A DNA stretch of 63,592 bases, the filler included, from Thraustochytrium aureum (Eukaryota), in NCBI GenBank assembly GCA_012862495.1. It is 4 parts of 3 records of this genome, joined end to end, with 100 filler letters (N's around TTAATTAATTAA, not from the genome) between each part and the next. Parts side by side here need not be neighbours in the genome. Positions count along the whole stretch, not along the records: positions 1 to 26,120 come from BLSG01000378.1; 3 more parts are not named here. One strand, written 5' to 3'. Made by a program: the position numbers and the translations under genes. Under the pieces are notes generated by a model. It did not search any database and was not told the DNA's origin. It saw only the letters and a program-made list of their open reading frames with translations. Positions 1-11,637 of the stretch are shown here, one piece after another; the first letter of the stretch is position 1; each line of letters starts with the position of its first letter.

Positions 1-118
1 AGGGGCTGAAAAGGAGGACGCTTGTTTGCTATTTTTAAGGTTCAAGAGCAGGCGGCGCAGCGCCTCGACGCGCCGGCCAGCGCGAGTCGCGCTGGCTTGG
101 TCGACCACCGACGTGGGC

Positions 119-966
119 TCAAGCCGGCGTTGCAACAAAAATGCGGCGGATCTCTGTGAGCGTGGAGGCGTCAACACCAACATAATCGAGCAGGTACTGC
201 TCCACCGAACCGTGCTTGGCCTCCAAACTGCGTAAACAGGCGTCCATCACCTCGGGGGGGCTGATGATTGTTTCGTGGTTGAGCAGCGACTCGTCTGCGA
301 TCTCGACGGTCCCAGCATTCCTCAAAGCAAGCGACAGAAAGTGCTCGGACGCTGCATAGTCTCGCACGACAGCGTCGTGCGGAACGCCGAGCAGCCGGAG
401 CAAGAGCGCCACGACGATCCCAGTGCGGTCCTTGCCTGCAACGCAGTGCACGATGCAGGGGTAGTTGGCCTCGGAGGCCAAGTGTTCAAAGCACCCTTTG
501 ATAGGTTCGGTCCCGTGCGTCAGCAAGGTCATGTAAAAGCAAGTCATCTCTCCACGCCCGACAGGATGTACCTCCCTATTTGCGCCTTGAACCCCAGGCA
601 GGGCCAGAGGCACGCCAGCTTGAGCTTGACCGTCCAGGGAAGGCTCCGCAAGATCGCGGTCCCCGTGGGGCGGTCCACGAGCGGCAGCACCACCCGCGTC
701 GCAACATCCTCGGCCACGACCGGCTCCCTGTCGTCCTGCCTGAGGTCCAACAAGCTGACGACCCTCAGAGCGCGCACCGTCTTGGCGTCAAACAGCATGC
801 TGCACCGATACAGTAGCCCGCCGCGCACGCGAAGTGCATCAACGCCCGCGACATCCCTCAAATTGGGCACATCCCCGAGCCCCTGCGCTCCGGGCTCCAA
901 CGCGCCGCCTTCCAGGTCGCTCTCCAGCAGCCGCTCCTCCATCGCGGCGAGCCGCCGCGCCGCCAC
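119..966 (-). CDS. Protein tyrosine/serine phosphatase (Y_phosphatase3 / PtpB-like); one frameshift near 551
   Basis: ORF 544..966 has the family's N-terminal motifs (PNLRD..G; GLLYRCS; LLDLR). ORF 119..613 has the catalytic loop IVHCVAGKDRTG and DYAAS. The two join at GTG GAG AG ATG (one base missing). The true start may lie in the gap. Confidence 0.85.
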
Positions 967-1608
967 TCACCCGCGCGCCTCGTCCGCGTNNNNNNNNNNN
1001 NNNNNNNNNNNNNNNNNNNNNNNNNNNNNNNNNNNNNNNNNNNNNNNNNNNNNNNNNNNNNNNNNNNNNNNNNNNNNNNNNNNNNNNNNNNNNNNNNNNN
1101 NNNNNNNNNNNNNNNNNNNNNNNNNNNNNNNNNNNNNNNNNNNNNNNNNNNNNNNNNNNNNNNNNNNNNNNNNNNNNNNNNNNNNNNNNNNNNNNNNNNN
1201 NNNNNNNNNNNNNNNNNNNNNNNNNNNNNNNNNNNNNNNNNNNNNNNNNNNNNNNNNNNNNNNNNNNNNNNNNNNNNNNNNNNNNNNNNNNNNNNNNNNN
1301 NNNNNNNNNNNNNNNNNNNNNNNNNNNNNNNNNNNNNNNNNNNNNNNNNNNNNNNNNNNNNNNNNNNNNNNNNNNNNNNNNNNNNNNNNNNNNNNNNNNN
1401 NNNNNNNNNNNNNNNNNNNNNNNNNNNNNNNNNNNNNNNNNNNNNNNNNNNNNNNNNNNNNNNNNNNNNNNNNNNNNNNNNNNNNNNNNNNNNNNNNNNN
1501 NNNNNNNNNNNNNNNNNNNNNNNNNNNNNNNNNNNNNNNNNNNNNNNNNNNNNNNNNNNNNNNNNNNNNNNNNNNNNNNNNNNNNNNNNNNNNNNNNNNN
1601 NNNNNNNC

Positions 1609-2602
1609 GGCGAGTGAGGACGTCACGGTCGTGCTGGTGGGGAGGCCGGCGCTCGTGGAGGCCGTGGAGAGCGCCGGAGGCCTGCTCACGTCCTCGACGC
1701 TGAACGGCGACGTGACGAAGCACGCGGTCGGCGACGGCGCGCGACTCAGGGTGACGACGGAGCTGGCAGCCGTGCGCGACGCTGATGTGATCATCGTGGC
1801 CGTCAAGTCGACGGCGACGGAAGCCACTGCGACGGAGATCGCGGCTGTGCTCGAAGGCGCCGGAGCTGGGGGGCGCAAGACCGTCGTGAGCCTCCAAAAC
1901 GGCGTGCGCAACGTTGACATCTTGCGCCAGGCGCTGGGCGAGGGCCACGACGTGGTCGCAGGCATTATGGAGTTTAACGTCGTCTGGGAGGACAAGGCGC
2001 GCTTTGCGCAGGCGACGCAAGGCAAGGTCATCATGGCCTCGAACGGCGCTCACGTTGCAACGCTCGCGCGGCTTTTGAAACGAGGCGGAATCCCTGTGCT
2101 TGTGGAGGACGACATCACTGCGTACCAGTACGGCAAGCTCGTAATCAACCTCTCGAACAGCGTCAATGCGCTGAGCGGCGTGCCTCTGCTTCTCACTTTT
2201 CGCGACGGCCTTCTCCGCGCCACGCTTGCAGCGAGCATGCGCGAGGCCATCGACGTGTTCGCCAAGGCGGGGATCCCGCTCAAAGGAACCAAGGTGGCCC
2301 CCGAGGCCCTGCCCCGCCTCTTCTCGCTCCCCAACTGCATATTTCGCATCCTGCAGCCCATCTTGGTCAAGATCAAGGCCGACGCGAAGCTTTCGATGCT
2401 GCAAGACATGGAAAAGCACAAGCCCACCGAGGTAGACTTTTTGAATGGCGAGGTCGTGCGTATCGCAGCCACCCACAACTTGCCAGTTCCAAAGGTGAAC
2501 GCGGCGATCCTACGCCTCGTGCAGCAGGCGGACGCCGCCGGCACGGGCTCGCCCAGCCTGGACGGCCTCACGCTTGCGCGCGAGTGCGGCTTGCAAAGGT
2601 GA
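1609..2602 (+). CDS. panE: 2-dehydropantoate 2-reductase (ketopantoate reductase, PanE/ApbA family); 5' end in gap
   Basis: ADVIIVAVKS, VVSLQNGV, GKLVINLSNSVNAL, and SMLQDMEKHKPTEVDFLNGEVV (ApbA_C signature). Confidence 0.9.
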
Positions 2603-3090
2603 CTCTCGCGCAGTGCCGCCGGTGTCCACCAGCGCGCCAGTCCGCTGCAAGCCGCGTGAAGCATCACAAGCTCGACGAGTGGAGCTAATTAGGTAGCGAC
2701 AGAGACAACTGAGAGTAGCGCAACTTGGAAGGCGTGCTTGTGTTGGACTGGTCAAAACGCACGCGGGCCAACGCTGCGCGCAAATGTTGCGGAGCACGCT
2801 CACGCCAGTTGGAAATCACCCATGCCATTGCATTCCAGAACCCTATGCGCAGAGCCTTCACATCGATAACACGCTGACACACGTGGCTTGCGTTTCTTCC
2901 CGCCGCCTTTGTTCGGCACCAAGGAAGACCTGGCCAGGGCGCGTCATCGCAGACAGGCTGGTCGAGCCCTGGCGGATCGACTCCGCCAAGGCACCCGGTT
3001 GCGAGGTGATCGATTGTCAACACGTTTGTCAAATTCACACCACCGATCGATCCATTCTCAGGACGAGCTGCACAAGTGCCCGTCAGTCAG

Positions 3091-4089
3091 TCAGCTCGAC
3101 TGCTTCACAACTTGCACCGACCCTTCAGAGCACTCGCTGCCGGAAGAAGCAAGCACGCGGCGGCGCCGGACAGCCTTGCTCGGCGTGATGCGCAACACGG
3201 CCTCACCGCGGGCTGCGCCATGCACCGGCTCTTGCGAACAATCTCCACTCGCCAAGATCTGGGCGGCGCCGCCTTGTCCGTCGGACGACTCTGAGGAGGA
3301 GCTGCAGCTAGAGTTCCGGCCCTTGCCTGTCTCTCCGCGAGCCTTTGAGCCGCGCACGAGGCGCCGCCTCCCAGGCTCTGCGGTGCGGCCCTGCTGTCCC
3401 CGCTCACGCTGCTGGCGCTGCTGGCACTGCTGGCGCTGCCTCGTCCCCTGCGCCGTTCTACCACCTCGTCCCCAGCGTGCGATTCGCTTTCTATGTCGTC
3501 GTACTCACCTGCGGCCTCAGCTTCCAGGCGCCGGGCATGCGCCTTCATTATGAGCAGGTCGTCCTTGTCACGATCGGCAAAGGCCTGCGCGGGGGGTTGA
3601 CTCGCGAAGCTCGCAGCAACAACCTCTGACTCGGACTCGCTTGCGAGAAAGTCGCGGTCGTCCTCGTCTTCGCCCGTCGCGCCAAACCTCCGTAGGAGCT
3701 CGGCCCAGACTCGCGCAGAGCGCCGCGCCAGCACGTCAAGGGGGTACGTGAACAGTTGCGCACGCTCACGTTCATTCATCTCGGCGACAAGGCCAAACAC
3801 GTGATTGAATACCGTGCAACGCGCCGTGTCCTCGTGCCAATACTCGCGCTGCCACTGGCTTCGCTGCACGACGTCGGGACGGCATCGCGCGACAAAGTGC
3901 TGAACGAGACCGTCTGGGCCGCGCATGCGGTACGCGTCGACCGTGTCAGAGAGAACACGCCTGTCTTCGGACACTTGGTGCGCATCGCGAAGGTGGGCAA
4001 CGACCTCGGCCTTGGTCCGAAAGCACATCAGCGAAGCACCCTGGTAATCGTTGGCGTCCCCCAAGACCTCGACCGGGTCGAGAGGCACG
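3091..4089 (-). CDS. Hypothetical protein, partial (5' end in gap; probable frameshift near 3350)
   Basis: Long open frame with protein-like composition (YRMRGPDGLVQHF..EYWHED) and an acidic tail. The Ser-rich ORF 3091..3357 is the likely C-terminus. Confidence 0.55.
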
Positions 4090-5380
4090 NNNNNNNNNNN
4101 NNNNNNNNNNNNNNNNNNNNNNNNNNNNNNNNNNNNNNNNNNNNNNNNNNNNNNNNNNNNNNNNNNNNNNNNNNNNNNNNNNNNNNNNNNNNNNNNNNNN
4201 NNNNNNNNNNNNNNNNNNNNNNNNNNNNNNNNNNNNNNNNNNNNNNNNNNNNNNNNNNNNNNNNNNNNNNNNNNNNNNNNNNNNNNNNNNNNNNNNNNNN
4301 NNNNNNNNNNNNNNNNNNNNNNNNNNNNNNNNNNNNNNNNNNNNNNNNNNNNNNNNNNNNNNNNNNNNNNNNNNNNNNNNNNNNNNNNNNNNNNNNNNNN
4401 NNNNNNNNNNNNNNNNNNNNNNNNNNNNNNNNNNNNNNNNNNNNNNNNNNNNNNNNNNNNNNNNNNNNNNNNNNNNNNNNNNNNNNNNNNNNNNNNNNNN
4501 NNNNNNNNNNNNNNNNNNNNNNNNNNNNNNNNNNNNNNNNNNNNNNNNNNNNNNNNNNNNNNNNNNNNNNNNNNNNNNNNNNNNNNNNNNNNNNNNNNNN
4601 NNNNNNNNNNNNNNNNNNNNNNNNNNNNNNNNNNNNNNNNNNNNNNNNNNNNNNNNNNNNNNNNNNNNNNNNNNNNNNNNNNNNNNNNNNNNNNNNNNNN
4701 NNNNNNNNNNNNNNNNNNNNNNNNNNNNNNNNNNNNNNNNNNNNNNNNNNNNNNNNNNNNNNNNNNNNNNNNNNNNNNNNNNNNNNNNNNNNNNNNNNNN
4801 NNNNNNNNNNNNNNNNNNNNNNNNNNNNNNNNNNNNNNNNNNNNNNNNNNNNNNNNNNNNNNNNNNNNNNNNNNNNNNNNNNNNNNNNNNNNNNNNNNNN
4901 NNNNNNNNNNNNNNNNNNNNNNNNNNNNNNNNNNNNNNNNNNNNNAGAGAACGCGTACGTAGTGTGTAGGTGAGTACGAGTACGCCGATGCCACCGCTGT
5001 CGGGCCACTTGCAGCGGCTTCGAGCCCGGGTTTGCTTGCTCGTCGTCGGGCGGGCGCCGGGCCACGGGACGACCACAAGCCAACCCAAGACAAACCAGCG
5101 CACAACCCGGCGCAACTACTCTTTGAATGTATACGCAGGCCAACGCGACGCAGCGCAATGAAACGCGACGCAGCGCAGCGCGGTTGAACAGCTCTTCTTC
5201 GTCGAGCACGGTGGCCGAGGTGGCGGCCACATCAACTCTGCGCAACGCCAGGCTTGAAGTGCTGGCTGCGCGGCGCTGCTTGGGGCCTAGCCTAGCGGTG
5301 GAAAGGAGGCTTGGCTTGGTACACTACTACCTACTGCACTCGATCGACGGGTGGTCGCCGAGCTCGGCGCGCCTGCTGGG

Positions 5381-6315
5381 CTACACGTTCGAGAAGGGGT
5401 TGTCCGAAGCGAACGGGTTGTCGCTGGACGGCGGGCCGGGGGCGGCGGCCGGCGTCGCAAAGGGCGTGCTCGAAGGGTGCTGGCCCCCGTAGCCGATCGG
5501 CTGGGGGTGCTGCATATCGTACGAGGTGTAAGATGCGCCGCCGCTCATGGCGTCGCCATAGGCATAATCCGAGCGGGGCGTTGCCGACGGGGCGCTGTGC
5601 GCGGGAGTGCTGCTCGGCAGCCCACGCGTCTCCTCCAGGTTGTGCGCCGTCGCGTATGCGTCAAAGGAGGGGTGGAGGTAGATCGTCACGCAGACAAAGA
5701 CGCCATTTATGCTGCAGGACACGCGGAAGGCCGAGCGGCACGGCGCGTTAGGGACACGAGGCCGTGCAGGGAAGGCCACAACCAACACGCATGCTACGTT
5801 CAACTTACGCGGTGACAATGCCGGTCATCATGCTGACCCACCAGAGGCTGCCCACGCTCTTGTCCATGACGCTAAAGCACATTGTAGAGAGGAAGAGAAG
5901 CAGCGTGGCCTTGCCGCGATTTGAGAACATGAAGCCGCAGTTTTTGCTGTGCAATCCAGCCGGCAACGGGTCGAGTCAGTGCAAATCTGTGCCGGCAAGC
6001 AACTCTGCGCGCGGGGCGGCAACCAACGTACTGAATCCACCCGCGCGCCCTGTTAACGCGAATCTCGAAGAGCAAAAGCATGACGGAGAACACGATTGTG
6101 TAAAAGGCCAGGACCACCATGCTCGACGTGGAGCACGTGTCCACGCAGCCGCCCAAGAGCGTAAAGGTAATAACTCCCGACGCAATAAGCAGCGCCGCAT
6201 TGATCATGTTTATGACTCGCATACACATGGTCAGGCGCTCAGGCGCCATCTCCTTGATCCCATCCGTGGCGCTGTGGAGCACCCCGGTGGCGCCGCTCTG
6301 ATGCGCGTCGGCCAT
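5381..6315 (-). CDS. COPI-associated / TVP15-like multi-pass membrane protein, 3 exons
   Basis: Spliced translation: MADAHQ...RVINMINAALL...VVLAFYTIVFSVMLLLFE...WIH KNCGFMFSNRGKATLLLFLS...GIVTA INGVFVCVTIYLHPSF. This fits the COPI_assoc pattern. The tail has NPF motifs. Introns are 5947-6031 and 5712-5808. Confidence 0.85.
5712..5808 (-). other. Spliceosomal intron (97 nt)
   Basis: GTAAGT donor, CTAAC branch, CTGCAG acceptor. Removal restores the frame (VTA/INGVF). Confidence 0.88.
5947..6031 (-). other. Spliceosomal intron (85 nt)
   Basis: GTACGT donor, CTGAC branch-like site, GCACAG acceptor. Removal restores the frame (WIH/KNCGF). Confidence 0.85.
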
Positions 6316-6566
6316 GATAGGCGTCCCAGGACCCGCAAGACTCCGCCCCCCAAATCCCGCTGGCACGGCGTGCCTCAAGCCAGCCCTCGCAGCTGCAGTT
6401 GCCGTGCCTTCTGGGCAGCAGCAGTCAGTCGCGTTGGTCGCGCCGCTTCGCTGCGAGCAACCGGTCTCCTCGAGCCCACTCTCGCAGCCTTTGCGCGCAA
6501 CAGGGCGCCCGGCCGCGTCAACGGTCGGCCTGTCTCCTGCCGCGAAGGGGCGCTGCTGCTCTGCCG

Positions 6567-6567
<1 letters not shown>

Positions 6568-6603
<36 letters not shown>
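6568..6603. repeat. (TGC)12 microsatellite
   Basis: Direct reading of the sequence. Confidence 0.95.
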
Positions 6604-7621
6604 GTGCCAGCCTGCTCAACCACTCTCTATCCAAGCTGCGAGTACTGGTTTTCAAGGGACTTCGTGGTACTCTCCGCGCAGCATCTGTCGCGCGAGCGAT
6701 CATGACCCAGCCTCGGCGGTGGCCTGGCTCAGTCAGAGCAGAGTGGGGGTGCCTACTCCTCGTTGCCCGGCGCTGGTCTCTGGTCGGGCATCTCCTGGAC
6801 ATCCCCGCGCACTTCGCTCGAGGAGGGACCTCGGCGTTGAGCATGCGGATCCGGCCCTCGCGCCGCCAGCGCGCCTGCCTGCCTCCGCAGTTCGTTCGCG
6901 GCGGAGATGCATCCTCTACTGCACAGGCACCGGTAGATAGGCGTCCTTCGCTGCGCTCGTGGATGTCCCGGTGCGCGCAGGACGCGCTGCGGGCAGAACA
7001 GCCCGCCCAGGTTGACCAAGCCGTTCGTCNNNNNNNNNNNNNNNNNNNNNNNNNNNNNNNNNNNNNNNNNNNNNNNNNNNNNNNNNNNNNNNNNNNNNNN
7101 NNNNNNNNNNNNNNNNNNNNNNNNNNNNNNNNNNNNNNNNNNNNNNNNNNNNNNNNNNNNNNNNNNNNNNNNNNNNNNNNNNNNNNNNNNNNNNNNNNNN
7201 NNNNNNNNNNNNNNNNNNNNNNNNNNNNNNNNNNNNNNNNNNNNNNNNNNNNNNNNNNNNNNNNNNNNNNNNNNNNNNNNNNNNNNNNNNNNNNNNNNNN
7301 NNNNNNNNNNNNNNNNNNNNNNNNNNNNNNNNNNNNNNNNNNNNNNNNNNNNNNNNNNNNNNNNNNNNNNNNNNNNNNNNNNNNNNNNNNNNNNNNNNNN
7401 NNNNNNNNNNNNNNNNNNNNNNNNNNNNNNNNNNNNNNNNNNNNNNNNNNNNNNNNNNNNNNNNNNNNNNNNNNNNNNNNNNNNNNNNNNNNNNNNNNNN
7501 NNNNNNNNNNNNNNNNNNNNNNNNNNNNNNNNNNNNNNNNNNNNNNNNNNNNNNNNNNNNNNNNNNNNNNNNNNNNNNNNNNNNNNNNNNNNNNNNNNNN
7601 NNNNNNNNNNNNNNNNNNNNG

Positions 7622-8967
7622 CTCAAGGACAAGTTTGTGATGCAGGTGGCGTGCGGTAGCCGGCACACTGTCGTGCTGGTGACAATAAAGAGTCGCGGAC
7701 GACGTCGGCGGCCGAGTCGAGCGGCGCGGCAAGCGGCGACTCGACGATTGCCCGCAAGATTGCCTCCGTCAGCCGTGTCGCAGTGGACACGGACGTGTAC
7801 AGTTGGGGCGACCGCGACAACGGCGTAGCCGGGCACGGCGAAACGGACGGGCACCAATACTACCCCCGCCTCCTCGACGCTTTGGTCGGCCGCAGCGTGT
7901 GCCAGATCGCTGCGTGCGGGTTTCACACTGGCGCGGTGACAGAGTTTGGGGAGGTCTTCACGTGGGGCGAGGGCAAGTTCGGGCGACTTGGCCACGGCAA
8001 GGAGGACAACCAGCCGGAGCCCAAGCTGGTCGAGGACGAAAAGCTCAAGACCTGCCGCATCGTCCAGCTTGCGTGCGGCGGATTTCACACTGCGGCGATC
8101 ACTGACGACGGCCAGCTGTTCACGTGGGGCGGCGGCGAGCACGGCCAGCTCGGGCATGGCAACAAGGAAAACTACGTGCGGCCGACGCGCGTCAAGGAGC
8201 TGGCCAAGTTCAAGCTGTCGCAGGTGACGTGCGGGTGGTCGCACACTGTCGTGCTGACTGCAGCGGACGGCCAGGTGTACAGCTTCGGGAACGGCGACCA
8301 CGGCAAGCTCGGACACGGCGACACCGAGAAGGTGACGCTCCCGCGCCGTGTCGAGGGGCTCGGGTCCAAGACGATCTCGCGCGTGGCCTCCTACAATGAG
8401 CACACGGCGGCGCTCGCGATGCCCGCGGACGGGGTGATTTCTGCCGTCCCCAACTCGACCTTGCTGGAGGACTACGGAAGCCTGGTGGACAACGCCATGT
8501 TTTCGGACGTCACGTTCTTGGTGGAGGGCAAGCGCATTCGCGCGCACCGCGTGGTGATTGCTGCGCGGTGCCAGCACTTTCGCGCGATGTTCTTGTCGGG
8601 CATGAAGGAGTCGCGCGAGCCCGAGATCAAGATTACCGACACGCGCTACCAGGTGTTTTTTGCGCTGATGCAGTTTCTGTACACGGACCTCGTTTCCACG
8701 GGGCCCGAGATTGCGATCGAGCTGTTTGTGCTTGCCGATCTGTACGCCTTGGACCGCCTCAAGTCGCAGTGCGAGGCCATTGTGCACAGCAAACTCTGTC
8801 ACGCGAACGCGCCGATGCTGCTAAGTGTGGCGGCCGAGCACAATGCGCACTCGCTGAAGGAGCTCTGCAGGCGCTACATCGTGCGCCACTTTGAGGTGAT
8901 CACCAAGTCGCCCGAGTTTACGATCCTCAACCGGGAGCTGATTCTGGAGATTTTGCAGTCGCGCTGA
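7622..8967 (+). CDS. RCC1-repeat and BTB-domain protein (RCBTB-like); 5' end in gap; frameshift near 7680
   Basis: Repeated RCC1 motifs (QVACGSRHTVVL, VYSWG, QIAACGFHT, FTWGEGKFGRLGHG) followed by BTB (FSDVTFLVEGKRIRAHRVVIAARCQHFRAMF) and a BACK-like tail. Confidence 0.92.
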
Positions 8968-9047
8968 CGCGGCTGAGGTAGAGCCCGGGCCTTGTGCATT
9001 GCGGAGCGGCGCAAGGCGGAGTCGTGGTGCTGCGAAGGCTGGGGCGC

Positions 9048-9081
9048 GCTGCGGTGCAGTGCGGTGCGGTGCGGTGCGGTG
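9048..9081. repeat. (GCGGT)n pentanucleotide microsatellite running into a gap
   Basis: Direct reading. Confidence 0.9.
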
Positions 9082-9674
9082 NNNNNNNNNNNNNNNNNNN
9101 NNNNNNNNNNNNNNNNNNNNNNNNNNNNNNNNNNNNNNNNNNNNNNNNNNNNNNNNNNNNNNNNNNNNNNNNNNNNNNNNNNNNNNNNNNNNNNNNNNNN
9201 NNNNNNNNNNNNNNNNNNNNNNNNNNNNNNNNNNNNNNNNNNNNNNNNNNNNNNNNNNNNNNNNNNNNNNNNNNNNNNNNNNNNNNNNNNNNNNNNNNNN
9301 NNNNNNNNNNNNNNNNNNNNNNNNNNNNNNNNNNNNNNNNNNNNTTGGTAAAAGTATTCTAATCCTATCTTTAGCAAGAACATCGCTGCCTGCTGGCCAA
9401 AAGCAGTGGCGCAGGCCTCCTGCGACACGGCCGGCCGGCAAAACACATGACAAACAAAACGGATTCATCTTCGAAAGCAGAGTGAGTACATACAAACAGG
9501 GAAACCAATTGACACGAGAGGTCAACATCAACAGACCGAACGGTGAGACCGGAGGAAGGCTGGGCGGCAACACAAAGTGCCCAAGCCCAACTCTACAGGC
9601 AGAATAAGCGCGAGTTCGAGCGCAGACTGGCCTGGCACTTGAGCCAAACTCTGCCGCCTCGAGCAAGAGCTCGC

Positions 9675-10025
9675 TCACTTGGAGCCGAGCGCCTGCTCGC
9701 CCACGGGCCAGCAAGAGTCGGGCATCTGCGGCAGCGAGGACGACGCGACGAGGCGAGCGCGGCTGCGCCTTGCTTGCTCCGGGGAAGCGCTCCTTGGCGT
9801 CGACGCGGCCGGCGAGCTGGGGCCGGCAAGACCGCGCGGCCCTGTCCCTTGGCTCGCGACTGGCGACTGCACCATGACGCACGAGCAAAAGGTGCTCTCG
9901 CTGGGGCTGCTTCCGCCGAAGATCTCGATATCGCCGACGGCCTCCTCCTCCTGCGTCTCCACCGTGAGCTGCACATTCCTGCCGAACATCGCCTCGCTTG
10001 CCTCGAAGGCGGCACTCATGACCAT
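9675..10025 (-). CDS. Possible first exon of a hypothetical gene
   Basis: ATG follows a (GCAG)n tract. Codons look protein-like (MSAAFEASEAMFGRNVQLTVETQEEEAVGDIEIFGG). The ORF ends at AA|GTGAGC, a plausible splice donor. Confidence 0.35.
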   Translation of the reverse strand: MVMSAAFEASEAMFGRNVQLTVETQEEEAVGDIEIFGGSSPSESTFCSCVMVQSPVASQGTGPRGLAGPSSPAASTPRSASPEQARRSRARLVASSSLPQMPDSCWPVGEQALGSK

Positions 10026-11637
10026 GCCTGGCTGCCTGCCTGCCTGCCTGCCTGGCTGCCTGCCGCTAGCTAGCTAGTGCCCTTGCGCAGCGGTCACTCA
10101 CGGCGCTGCCCTTCCTTTGGCGCGTCGCTCTCGGCGCTCCTTTTCGCTGCTGGCGCGTTTGGGGTCTGGAGGCTCTGCACGCACGCACGGCTTGGCAATG
10201 TTGGCAGGCCCTGCCGCACTTGTTTGCCTGCTCGTTCGTGCTGCTTGATTGCTCGTCGCAGATGCGATCGATCATTCAAGCTGTTTTCGCTTCCCAGCTG
10301 CCTCCGCTGCTCGACTTGTGAGGGCTGCTGCTGCTCTCCACTGAGGCCTGCAGCTGCGAAACCGAGCGCGCCGACACTGGCAGGAATTGCTTGCCAGGAT
10401 TGGGGAAGGGCGAGCGGACCGGCAGAGAGAGGATCCTCAATGCATCCTCAACGCATCAGGAACGCAGCGTGGAGAAACTAGTTGTGGTTTGGCATCGCCC
10501 TTCACACGTTGTAGCACTGGATCTGCACTGCAGGTGGCAGATGTAGCAAGGAGTTGCAGCAGTAGACTTGGTGTGAGGGCTCAGGGCGCTGTTGAGAGGC
10601 CGCGGGCTCGTTCAACTCCAGAAAGTTCCGTCCAAAGCCCGTTTGTAAAGTTTATAAAGTCGTACGAGAAACAATGCACCACTGTGTAAAGGGCCCGAGT
10701 TCCGTGCCTTCAATTCACTTCCGAGACGCCCGTTCAAGGCTCCGATGCGCCATCCCACGGCCGACGAAGCCCACTGTCAAATGCGTTTCGCGCCCGAGAG
10801 CGGGCGAGAAAAGCTACGAAAACCCTTCGAGAGGCGTCCCAATCCTCGTTGTCCGCGCCCTATCGGAGGGCGCTCGACTCGGAAGCCGAAGCCAAAGTCC
10901 TTCAGCTTTGCAAGTTGCAACATGCACAGGAGGGGAGGAAAGTTCAAGCACGTCTCCGAATGGAAGCCGAGCCCCTCCACACTGAAAACAAATCAGTCCC
11001 AGCCTTGCCCTGACCATCCACCCAACCGCCGGCGACAGGGCCTCGCGCTCGGTCACGCAGGCCGGCCGTCAATACGCTGGAGGCCCTCATGGCCGCCTCA
11101 CCGACAAACAAACAAACCCTTGCCGTGCATCAGTTCATCGGTCAGCTCAGTACTCCGCACCGTCCGCTCGGCGAGTCGGTGCTGCTGCTGGTGTCGACAA
11201 GGACAACCGTGACGAACGAAGAACATCGATGCCGTTGGTCGTTCATGATTCTTCCTTTGCTCGCTGTGTGGCAGCGGCTTCGACGAGCATCCGCTCGGTT
11301 CGCCGCTGGCCTTGGCTTCGCGGTCTGCCGCGCGCTCAGGCTGGTCCTTGTCGGCTTCGCGGTCTGCCGCAGTCTGCTGCGCGCTCCACTGATCAGGCTC
11401 CTTCTCGGCTNNNNNNNNNNNNNNNNNNNNNNNNNNNNNNNNNNNNNNNNNNNNNNNNNNNNNNNNNNNNNNNNNNNNNNNNNNNNNNNNNNNNNNNNNN
11501 NNNNNNNNNNNNNNNNNNNNNNNNNNNNNNNNNNNNNNNNNNNNNNNNNNNNNNNNNNNNNNNNNNNNNNNNNNNNNNNNNNNNNNNNNNNNNNNNNNNN
11601 GAATTTGCAGCGAGGCAAGCGCGGATTGGGTCGGAGC

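Noticed and set aside
549..556. Tiny GT-AG introns explaining the frameshifts (e.g. GTGGAGAG)
   Set aside because: Most junctions lack a frame-restoring GT..AG pair, while a single-base change at a base run explains them. The real introns here are 44-97 nt.
2685..3038. 117-aa minus-strand ORF between panE and the hypothetical gene
   Set aside because: It has a non-ATG start and no recognisable motif. It cannot be supported, though a gene fragment is possible.
9575..9655. AQAQLYRQNKREFERRL resembles the C-terminal helix of Rad6/UBC2
   Set aside because: No upstream UBC core (HPN, catalytic Cys) or clear exon structure is visible, so it could be chance or a tiny relic.
10480..11410. Lower-GC stretch and short ORFs as a mobile element or gene
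   Set aside because: No terminal repeats, TSD or recognisable protein motif were found.
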